From positions 57,326 through 121,325 of the forward strand of contig JAVZBY010000003.1 of NCBI GenBank assembly GCA_038874655.1: DNA of 64,000 nucleotides. Direction: 5' to 3'. Origin of the DNA: Candidatus Woesearchaeota archaeon. Its GTDB lineage: Archaea > Nanobdellota > Nanobdellia > Woesearchaeales > GW2011-AR15. Shown in pieces: positions 52,614-60,895 of the stretch. The notes below the pieces were generated by a model that had not been told where the DNA came from, did no database searches, and was given only the letters and a program-made list of their open reading frames with translations. The position numbers and the translations under genes were made by a program. Positions within the stretch are counted from its first letter, which is position 1. Each line of letters begins with the position of its first letter.

Positions 52614-53648
52614 TTATTTTAAAAAATTAAGGACTTTTTCTCTTATTTTCTCAGCAACCTCTTTTGTTGTTTTATTGCCACCTAAATCATAAGTAGTATT
52701 ATTTTCCTTTATTGTTTCATAAACTGCTTTTTCAATTATTTCTGCATAATAAGTTTCATTAAGATATTCCAACATCATTTTTGCAGATAGGATTGCTGCA
52801 ATAGGATTTGCTTTATTCAAACCTGCATTTTTTGGATTACTACCATGTACTGGCTCAAATATCGCATTATTTTTTCCTATATTACCTGAATATGCAATTC
52901 CTAAGCCACCTACTAGCATAGAAGCCTCATCACTTAAGATATCACCAAATAAATTTGTTGTTATAATTATTTCAAATTGGCTTGGATTCTTTATTAATTG
53001 CATTGCACAAGCATCAACATGCATTTCATCCATTTGTATATTAAATTGATTGTATTTTGATTTATATTCATCATAAATCTCATAAGCAATTTTTCTAAAT
53101 AACCCACATGTCTCTCTCATTACATTTGCTTTATGCACTATAGTTATCTTTTTTCTATTTTGTTTTACTGCTAATTCAAAACCAAATCTTATAATTTTTT
53201 CACTTGCTTCTCTTGTAATAACTCTTTCTGTTATTGCTTTATTTCCATTATCTTCAATTCTTTCAATCCCAGAATAAAGATCTTCTGTATTTTCTCGAAC
53301 AATGACTAAATCAACATCTTGTCTAGAAATAGGATGCGGAATTGATCTACATGGTCTTACATTTGCATATAAATCAAATAATTTTCTTAATTTTATTATT
53401 GCAGAACTATAATTTTTAATATCTGGCGGTGTTGTTACTGCACCAAATAATGTTGCATTTGTATTTTTTATATTTTCAATTGTATCTTCAGGTAAATTAG
53501 TTCCTTTTTTTAAATATGTTTCATAACCAATCTCAGAAAAAACAAAATCAAATTTTAAAGGTAATGCATTTAAAACTAATAAAGCACTATCAATTACTTC
53601 TTTTCCAATTCCATCTCCAGGCATAACATTTATTTTGTAGGTTTTCAT
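52614..53648 (-). CDS. Homoisocitrate dehydrogenase (ICDH/IPMDH family)
   Basis: GDGIG.EV, RENTEDLY, HKANV, NLFGDILSD and EPVHGS motifs; lysine operon context. Confidence 0.85.
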   Translation of the reverse strand: MKTYKINVMPGDGIGKEVIDSALLVLNALPLKFDFVFSEIGYETYLKKGTNLPEDTIENIKNTNATLFGAVTTPPDIKNYSSAIIKLRKLFDLYANVRPCRSIPHPISRQDVDLVIVRENTEDLYSGIERIEDNGNKAITERVITREASEKIIRFGFELAVKQNRKKITIVHKANVMRETCGLFRKIAYEIYDEYKSKYNQFNIQMDEMHVDACAMQLIKNPSQFEIIITTNLFGDILSDEASMLVGGLGIAYSGNIGKNNAIFEPVHGSNPKNAGLNKANPIAAILSAKMMLEYLNETYYAEIIEKAVYETIKENNTTYDLGGNKTTKEVAEKIREKVLNFLK

Positions 53649-53680
53649 TTTTCTGTTTTGATATTTCTAAAATATTTCAA

Positions 53681-54193
53681 TTAATTATTTAGTTCTTCTA
53701 AATCATGCTCTTTTAAGTAATTAATAATGCCACCTGAATTTCTTATTTTTAAGATAAATTCTGGCATCTTCTTTGCTTCTATAACTATATTTTTTGTTAT
53801 GTTTTTTATTATTCCTTTTTCTAAATCAACTTCTAAAATGTCATTTTCATCTATTTTATCAGTATCACATTCCAAAATTGGCAATCCAATGTTTATAGCA
53901 TTTCTATAAAAAATTCTAGAAAACGATTTTGCTAAAACAACAACATTTTTCCCTTTTAATGCGACAGCAGCATGCTCTCTTGATGAGCCGCATCCAAAGT
54001 TATAACCAGCAACAACAAAATCATTTTCATTTGCATTTTTAAAATCAGGCCTTACTTCACAAAAAACATTTTTTGCTAATTCCTTAGGGTCAATTGTAAT
54101 ATTATATCTGGCAGGTATAATCTCATCTGTATTCATATTATCTGAAAATTTCCATACTTTTCCTTTAATTAAATTATTTTGAGTTTTATCCAT
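53681..54193 (-). CDS. Homoaconitase small subunit (LeuD/HacB family)
   Basis: NTDEIIP, NFGCGSSREHA and IFYRNAIN.G motifs. Confidence 0.88.
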   Translation of the reverse strand: MDKTQNNLIKGKVWKFSDNMNTDEIIPARYNITIDPKELAKNVFCEVRPDFKNANENDFVVAGYNFGCGSSREHAAVALKGKNVVVLAKSFSRIFYRNAINIGLPILECDTDKIDENDILEVDLEKGIIKNITKNIVIEAKKMPEFILKIRNSGGIINYLKEHDLEELNN

Positions 54194-54210
54194 TTTTTCA
54201 CCTATGTTAA

Positions 54211-55488
54211 TTAATTCAAATACTTTCTAGGATCTGTAATTTTGCCTTCTATTGCTGTTGCAGCTGCAGAAGCAGGACTTCCTAAATAAATTTCTGCTTC
54301 TGGGCTTCCCATTCTTCCTATAAAATTTCTGTTCATTGTTGTAAATGCTCTTTCTTTTGGTGCTAACAAACCACCATGTCTGCCAATACATGCACCACAT
54401 CCTGGATTTGTTATTGTGCAACCAGCATCAATGAAAATTTTTATTAAACCATTTTTCAATGCTTTTTCATATATAGTATTGCTAGCTGGTGTTATTATAG
54501 TTCTAGTAAATTTACTCACCTTTCTTCCTTTTAAAATAGAAGCTGCTATTTCTAAATCTTCATATCTCGCATTTGTACATGTTCCTATAAAAACTTCATC
54601 TATTTCTAAACCTTCAACCTCTTTTAACTTTTTTACATTATCAACATCTGGATGACAAGAAACCATCGGCTCTATTTCATTCACATTAATATCTATAATC
54701 TTCTCATAAATAGGATTCTTTGGATGAATCTCAATCAAATCTTTTTCACTTATAGTATCTTTAAATCTCTCTAATAATTTAGTTTCATTTTTTAAAAAGT
54801 CAATTGTTTTTTTATCAGAACTTATTAAACCACATTTTGCTCCAATTTCTGTACTCATATTAGAAAAAACGATTCTTTCATGCATTGGCAAATTTTTAAT
54901 AAATTCTCCAGAAAACTCAACGCTTTTATATGTTGCTCCATCCATTCCTAATAATCCAGCAATATAAATCATAACATCTTTTGCATAAACACCTTTTTTT
55001 AAATTACCTGTCATATTAATCAAAATTGTTTCTGGAACCTTAAACCATAATTTTCCTGTAATCCAAGCAACTGCTATTTCTGTTGAGCCATAACCAGATG
55101 AAAAACATCCTAATGCACCATAAGTATTAGAATGTGAATCTGCGCCAATCACAATATTTCCAGGAATAATAAATCCCTCTTCAATCATTACTTGATGGCA
55201 AACACCTTTTTTAAAAAAATTCTCTATTTTCTGCTCTTTAATAAAATCAGTAATCTTTTTTTGTGCTTCTGCTGCTAATAAATTAGGTGCTGGATATGCA
55301 TGATCAAAATGAATAACAATCTTATTTTTATCTTTAAGTGGTTTCCCGACTTCTCTAAAAGATTTTATTGCTAATGGCGTAGTATTATCATGGCTCATTA
55401 TAAAATCAACATCAGCAATAACTAAATCTCCTGCTTTTACTTCTTTATTTAATTTTCTTGAAAAAATTTCCTCTACTAATGTTCCCAT
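54211..55488 (-). CDS. Homoaconitase large subunit (LeuC/HacA family)
   Basis: DH, GVCHQ, DSH, GTCTNAR, CGAC and NRNF.GRMG motifs. Confidence 0.9.
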   Translation of the reverse strand: MGTLVEEIFSRKLNKEVKAGDLVIADVDFIMSHDNTTPLAIKSFREVGKPLKDKNKIVIHFDHAYPAPNLLAAEAQKKITDFIKEQKIENFFKKGVCHQVMIEEGFIIPGNIVIGADSHSNTYGALGCFSSGYGSTEIAVAWITGKLWFKVPETILINMTGNLKKGVYAKDVMIYIAGLLGMDGATYKSVEFSGEFIKNLPMHERIVFSNMSTEIGAKCGLISSDKKTIDFLKNETKLLERFKDTISEKDLIEIHPKNPIYEKIIDINVNEIEPMVSCHPDVDNVKKLKEVEGLEIDEVFIGTCTNARYEDLEIAASILKGRKVSKFTRTIITPASNTIYEKALKNGLIKIFIDAGCTITNPGCGACIGRHGGLLAPKERAFTTMNRNFIGRMGSPEAEIYLGSPASAAATAIEGKITDPRKYLN

Positions 55489-56888
55489 TAAAATTCACCT
55501 TTATTCTCATTAAGATAACCATTATGTTTTTTCAATACTATTTTTGTATTGGTTTGTTTTATTCCTTTTACTAATCTTAATTCTTCAATTAAGTTGTTTA
55601 ATTCTGCTGTACTATTTACTTTAACATATATAGAAATATCATGCTCTCCTGTTATTTCAAAAACACTTTTTACGTGTTTAAAATTTTTTAAAATTCTAAC
55701 AACTGAGCTAGTATAAACTTCTGATTCAACAGAAATTAAAATTAAAGCATTTATTCCTTCTGGAATTATATTTGTATTTTTTCCAATAACCTTTTCTGCA
55801 ATTTCTATAATATCTATATCATGTAATATCTTTCTTTCATCTCCTACTTTCTTTATTTCATAAACAATTTTCTCTAATTGCTCATCATTAACCTGAATAT
55901 CATATTCACTTAATTTTGATTTTACAGCTGCTTTTCCAGTGTATTTATCAACAATAATTTTTCTTTCTCTACCTATTAAACTTGGTTCAAAAGGCTCATA
56001 TGTTTTAGGATTTTTCAAAACACCATTAGTATGAGAAAATGCATTTATTCCTGTAATTGGCTTATTAGGTGCAATAAAAAAACCTGATATTTTTTCTAAA
56101 TAATTACTAGCTTCAATCAAATATTTTTCATTAAACTTATTTAATCCATAAAGAACTTTAAAAGTCATAATAACTTCTGCTAAATCAGGAATTCCTGTTC
56201 TTTCACCCATACCATTTATTGTGGTATGTATGCAATCTGCTCCTGCTTCAATTGCCATTATTGCATTTGCTAATGCTAAACCAAAATCATTATGACAATG
56301 CACATCTAAACCACATGGCAATAATTTTTCTTTTAATCTTTTTACATTTTGATAAAAAACATTTGGCAGCATTATTCCTAGTGTATCTGCATAACTTATT
56401 CTGTCTGCTCCTGCTTTTATTGCTGTATTACATGCTTCAACCAAAAAATCAAAATCAGTTCTTGTGGCATCTTCTGGTGTAAATCTTACTTTTAAACCAA
56501 GAGATTTTGCATATGAAACATTTTCTTTTATTATTTCCAAAGCTTCTCTTTCAGTTTTCTTTACTTTTGTTTCTAAATGTATTTTTGAAGTAGGATAAAA
56601 AACAACAATTCTTTTTGCTCCTGTTTTCTTTGCATTATCAATATTTTGTTTTATTGCTAATGAATGTGCAACAATCTCTGCCTTTAAATTCAATTTTACA
56701 ATTTCTGAAATTGCCTCAAATATTTTTGGTGAAACACTAGGATCACCAGCCTCAATCATATCAACTCCAATTTTATCTAAATATTTTGCAATCTCTATTT
56801 TCTCATCGACACTAAAATTTACATAGGGTGTTTGTTCTCCTTCTCTTAATGTTGTATCCAATATTTTTACATCTATTTGATTTATCAT
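55488..56888 (-). CDS. Homocitrate synthase with C-terminal Lrp/AsnC (RAM) regulatory domain
   Basis: DTTLREGEQ, HCHND and GERTG motifs; tail FEITGEHDI...TNTKIVL typical of RAM. Confidence 0.88.
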   Translation of the reverse strand: MINQIDVKILDTTLREGEQTPYVNFSVDEKIEIAKYLDKIGVDMIEAGDPSVSPKIFEAISEIVKLNLKAEIVAHSLAIKQNIDNAKKTGAKRIVVFYPTSKIHLETKVKKTEREALEIIKENVSYAKSLGLKVRFTPEDATRTDFDFLVEACNTAIKAGADRISYADTLGIMLPNVFYQNVKRLKEKLLPCGLDVHCHNDFGLALANAIMAIEAGADCIHTTINGMGERTGIPDLAEVIMTFKVLYGLNKFNEKYLIEASNYLEKISGFFIAPNKPITGINAFSHTNGVLKNPKTYEPFEPSLIGRERKIIVDKYTGKAAVKSKLSEYDIQVNDEQLEKIVYEIKKVGDERKILHDIDIIEIAEKVIGKNTNIIPEGINALILISVESEVYTSSVVRILKNFKHVKSVFEITGEHDISIYVKVNSTAELNNLIEELRLVKGIKQTNTKIVLKKHNGYLNENKGEF

Positions 56889-56933
56889 TTTTTAAAAAAA
56901 TTTTTTGAAAATTTATTGAATTACTTTAGTTAT

Positions 56934-57095
56934 TTATTGACCCCAGTCTTCTGCTTCTTGAGGAGCCAATTCTAAAACAACAGGATTTAATTTCCTAACC
57001 TCTAATTCAGAACCACAATCTTGGCAATTTAAAATTTCGCCAATTTCAACATTTTCAGCTTTAATTTCTGCACCACATTCTGGACATTCTGCCAT
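56934..57095 (-). CDS. lysW: LysW amino-group carrier protein ending in Gln (not in ORF track)
   Basis: MAECPECGAE...CQDCGSELEV...LAPQEAEDWGQ*, 53 aa; GGAGG SD upstream. Confidence 0.95.
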   Translation of the reverse strand: MAECPECGAEIKAENVEIGEILNCQDCGSELEVRKLNPVVLELAPQEAEDWGQ

Positions 57096-57312
57096 ATTTT
57101 TTCCCCTCCATATAATATTTGATTTATCTCAATTAATTTTACAATTTTAAAAAAATAAAAAATAAATTAATTTGAATATTAGATTTCAAAAATCAAAAAA
57201 TAATAAAAACATAATGTTAAAATATTAAAAAAAATAAAATAAAAAAATTATTATTATAACTTTATGTTAAAATTTTATTTAATTAGATTATACGCTATTT
57301 TACTACACTATA

Positions 57313-57951
57313 CTATTTTATAATATTAAGAAAAAAAGGCGCTATAAAATAGAAAACCCATGCATTAAAAATAATGTGTGTAATAAAGAAAATAAAACTT
57401 TTATAGATATTACTACCTGTTAAGATATATAATGGTAAAATAATTACATCATAAATTATTGTCATTAATATTCCTAAATAAAATAAAGGCAAGTCAAAAA
57501 AAGGCACTATTAATGAAATTAACGGCAAAGTAAAAATTGAAATAAAAGAAGTTGGTTTAAAACTTCCAGAAAGAATATAGCCTCCAATTAAAGAAGCAAA
57601 AGCAACAAACACACCATATTTTCTTCCATATGCTAATGTTATTAAAACAACAGCCATCATACATAATTCAAAACCAATAAAGCTCATAAATCTAAATTTT
57701 TGAGGCAATAAAGACAAAATAGCCAAAAAAATTAAAAAAAAAGTCCAAAAAATCTTCTTAAAATAATCAGAAAGAATAAACTTGATTATAGAAAAGATTA
57801 TTAAAGATAATATTAAAGATAATATAAATAATTTTTTATCTGAAAAAATTTTTTTAAATAAATAATTAGAAAACAACAAAAACTTATAAACTAAATTTTC
57901 CTTTGTTTTTTCTCTTACTTTGGATTGTATTTTTTTTATATAGTGAATCAT
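57313..57951 (-). CDS. Multi-pass membrane protein (possibly ECF S-component-like)
   Basis: About six hydrophobic segments; LAYG...G pattern. Confidence 0.45.
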   Translation of the reverse strand: MIHYIKKIQSKVREKTKENLVYKFLLFSNYLFKKIFSDKKLFILSLILSLIIFSIIKFILSDYFKKIFWTFFLIFLAILSLLPQKFRFMSFIGFELCMMAVVLITLAYGRKYGVFVAFASLIGGYILSGSFKPTSFISIFTLPLISLIVPFFDLPLFYLGILMTIIYDVIILPLYILTGSNIYKSFIFFITHIIFNAWVFYFIAPFFLNIIK

Positions 57952-57960
57952 TCTATTATT

Positions 57961-58173
57961 TTACTTACTTTCTTTAGGTCTAAATAATATGCCTGCTAAC
58001 AAATTTAGCAAAAATGCATCTATGATAGTTAATCTAGGTAAACCAAATAATCTTGGCATTAAGTAATTCCATATAAGCCAAACTGGCAAAGCATATAATA
58101 ATGCTCCTAATAAGATAAAAAAAGCTGTTATTAATAAAACACCAAAAGTATTAGGAATAAATTTTATTTGCAT
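57961..58173 (-). CDS. Small membrane protein
   Basis: 70 aa, hydrophobic, WNYLMP.LFGLP motif; GGTGA SD. Confidence 0.6.
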   Translation of the reverse strand: MQIKFIPNTFGVLLITAFFILLGALLYALPVWLIWNYLMPRLFGLPRLTIIDAFLLNLLAGILFRPKESK

Positions 58174-58207
58174 ATTATCACCTTTTTTTAATTCATACTC
58201 TAAAATT

Positions 58208-60022
58208 TTATTTTTTAAAATTTTCTTTCTTAATAAAATCTAATTTTATATGCAATTCTTTTAATTGTTTTTCATCAACCTCACTAGGACTACCTACCAT
58301 AAGTTCTTCTGCATTTTTGTTTTTTGGAAATGCAGTTATTTCTCTAATGTTTGGCTCTCCTCTTAAAATCATAACTAATCTTTCAATACCAGGAGCAAAA
58401 CCACAATGTGGTGGTGCGCCATATTTAAATGCTTTAATCATATGCCCAAATTTCTTATCTACTACTTCTTTTCCATAACCAGCTATTTCAAAAGCTTTAT
58501 ACATAATTTCAGGAACATTATTTCTAACTGCTCCTGAGCTTAATTCAACTCCATTACAAACAATATCATATTGATAAGCTAAAATATCCAAAGGATCTTT
58601 TGTTTTTAATGCTTCTAAACCTCCTTGAGGCATTGAAAAAGGATTATGACAAAAATCAATTTTTCCTTCTTCTTCATTAAATTCATACATTGGAAAATCA
58701 ACTACCCATAACCAAGCCAAAATATTTTCATCAATCAAATTTAATCTTTTTCCTAATTCTAATCTAACTTGAGATAATGACTTACATACAATTTTTTCTT
58801 TTTCTGCTGCAAAAAATATTATATCATTTTCTTCTGCTTTCATCTCATTTAATATTTTACTTGTTATTTCATCACCTAAATATTTTGTAATAGGTGATTT
58901 TATTTCTCCATCTTTTAAAGTAATATAAGCCAATCCTTTTAAACCATGACTTTTTGCTAATTCTGTTAGTTCCTCAATATCCTTTCTTGTAAAAAGATTT
59001 GCTGCTTTTTTTGCATTTATTGCTCTAACAACACCTTTGTTTTTAATTACATTAGAAAAAACCTCAAAATTTGTATTTTTTACTATTTGTGTTATGTCTT
59101 GTATTTCTAATCCAAACCTTATATCAGGTTTATCTGTTCCATATTTTAACATTACATCTTTATACTTTAATCTTGGAAATGGTTGATGTAATATCTTTTT
59201 ATTAGTGAATTTTTTTGTTAATTCTATAAATAAAGGTTCCATTAAATCAAAAAACTCATCTTGAGTTAAAAAACTAGTTTCACAATCTAATTGATAAAAT
59301 TCACCTGGGCTTCTATCTGCTCTTGCATCTTCATCTCTCATACATGGAGCAATTTGAAAATATTTATCAAAACCAGCTACCATTAATAATTGCTTATATT
59401 GCTGTGGCGCCTGTGGTAAAGCATAAAACTTTCCTGGATGTAATCTTGACGGAACTAAAAAATCCCTTGCTCCTTCTGGAGAGCTTACAGTTAATATTGG
59501 TGTTTCTATTTCTGTAAAACCATGTGAAAACATCCAATCTCTTATAAATTTAACCACATGACTTCTAAAAATAATATTTTCTTGTAATCTTTTTCTTCTT
59601 AAATCTAAAAATCTGTATTTTAATCTTATTTCTTCAGAAACATCGATTCTATCATCAATCTCAAAAGGAGGTGTATCTGCTTTATTTAATATTTCAACAT
59701 TATCAACTAAAACTTCTATTTCTCCTGTTTCTAAATTTGGATTTTCTAAACCTTCACCTCTATATCTTACTTTTCCTTTCGCATGAATCACAAACTCTCT
59801 TCTTAAAGTTTCTGCAATTTTATGACTATCTTTATCATGACTAGGATCAAAAACTAATTGTGTAATTCCATATCTATCTCTTAAATCAATGAATATCTTT
59901 CCACCATGATCTCTATAAGAATTTACCCAACCTGACAATTTGACTTCTTTTCCAATATCTGATTTTCTTAATTCTCCACAAGTATGTGTTCTTAATTTTG
60001 TATTCATAAACAACAACCTCAC
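58208..60022 (-). CDS. aspS: Aspartate--tRNA ligase, bacterial-type with GAD insert (start probably 60007)
   Basis: RTHTCGEL, RDHGG, EGARDFLVPSR, QAPQQYKQLLM and GAPPH motifs. Confidence 0.95.
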   Translation of the reverse strand: MRLLFMNTKLRTHTCGELRKSDIGKEVKLSGWVNSYRDHGGKIFIDLRDRYGITQLVFDPSHDKDSHKIAETLRREFVIHAKGKVRYRGEGLENPNLETGEIEVLVDNVEILNKADTPPFEIDDRIDVSEEIRLKYRFLDLRRKRLQENIIFRSHVVKFIRDWMFSHGFTEIETPILTVSSPEGARDFLVPSRLHPGKFYALPQAPQQYKQLLMVAGFDKYFQIAPCMRDEDARADRSPGEFYQLDCETSFLTQDEFFDLMEPLFIELTKKFTNKKILHQPFPRLKYKDVMLKYGTDKPDIRFGLEIQDITQIVKNTNFEVFSNVIKNKGVVRAINAKKAANLFTRKDIEELTELAKSHGLKGLAYITLKDGEIKSPITKYLGDEITSKILNEMKAEENDIIFFAAEKEKIVCKSLSQVRLELGKRLNLIDENILAWLWVVDFPMYEFNEEEGKIDFCHNPFSMPQGGLEALKTKDPLDILAYQYDIVCNGVELSSGAVRNNVPEIMYKAFEIAGYGKEVVDKKFGHMIKAFKYGAPPHCGFAPGIERLVMILRGEPNIREITAFPKNKNAEELMVGSPSEVDEKQLKELHIKLDFIKKENFKK

Positions 60023-60102
60023 AACCTAAATTGATAAATAATAAATTGAAATACAAAAAGTTTTAAAATATGTGAGAATATATAAAGGTTTTTTTGGAAC
60101 AT

Positions 60103-60140
60103 ACACTGGACACTGGACATTTTCAAGTAAGATTTATAAA
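60103..60140 (+). promoter_or_regulatory. ACACTGGACACTGGACATTTT motif plus TATA box of the cas operon
   Basis: Tandem 7-mer; TTTATAAA at 60133-60140; matches 38309-38329. Confidence 0.7.
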
Positions 60141-60165
60141 TAATATTATTATTTTTAAATCATTA

Positions 60166-60894
60166 ATGAGATTAATTCTCAAATTAAAATCTAGAAAGGA
60201 CAGTATTTATGATACAAAATATTACCATAAGTTAAGAGGTTTTATTTATAATTTGTTAAAAAATTCTATATTTGATATTCATGACAAAAGAAAATATAAG
60301 TTTTTTTGTTTTTCAAATATTTTTCCAATTGAAGAAATCAAAACTGATAAAATTAGGAATTTATTAATTTCTAGTCCAAATAAAGATTTTATTTACTGGC
60401 TAAAAGGAAAAATTTCTGAAGAGAAAATTATAGAGATTGGTGAAATGCAATTTGAATTAGTTGATTTAAAAATTATAAATCAAGAATTGTATAATCGTTT
60501 AATTACTGGAACACCTATAGTAGTAAGAATTCCAAAAAATAGATATAAAGAATATAATATTATTAGTAATAGACCTTACGAATATTGGAAAACAGAATAT
60601 GAAACAAAGCCATTTATAAAACAGTTAACAGAGAACTTAATTAAAAAGTATAATTTATATTATAATAAAGAAATGGATTATACAAAAATATTTGAATTTT
60701 TTAATTTTAAAAAAGAGGTTTGTGTTCATGTAATTGAAAATGGAAAAGAACATCCTGTTGTTGGAACATTATGGGAGTTTGAATTTAGCCACTTAAATGA
60801 CATACAAAGAAAAATACTAGAATTTGGCATTGAAACAGGATTTGGAGAATTAAATAGCTCAGGATTTGGTTTTATAAATCCAATAAAAAAATAA
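60166..60894 (+). CDS. cas6: CRISPR-associated endoribonuclease Cas6
   Basis: YKFFCFS, ISSP, TPIVV and G-rich loop GFGELNSSGFG; ATG 60166 preferred over 60094. Confidence 0.93.
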   Translation: MRLILKLKSRKDSIYDTKYYHKLRGFIYNLLKNSIFDIHDKRKYKFFCFSNIFPIEEIKTDKIRNLLISSPNKDFIYWLKGKISEEKIIEIGEMQFELVDLKIINQELYNRLITGTPIVVRIPKNRYKEYNIISNRPYEYWKTEYETKPFIKQLTENLIKKYNLYYNKEMDYTKIFEFFNFKKEVCVHVIENGKEHPVVGTLWEFEFSHLNDIQRKILEFGIETGFGELNSSGFGFINPIKK

Positions 60895-60895
60895 A

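Noticed and set aside
52614-56888. Leucine biosynthesis (leuABCD)
   Set aside because: Flanked by lysW/lysX/lysY, and the synthase has a RAM tail rather than the LeuA regulatory domain; dual function cannot be excluded
60094-60165. TTG start extending Cas6 by 24 aa
   Set aside because: The extension covers the promoter motif and TATA box; ATG 60166 gives the typical MRL start
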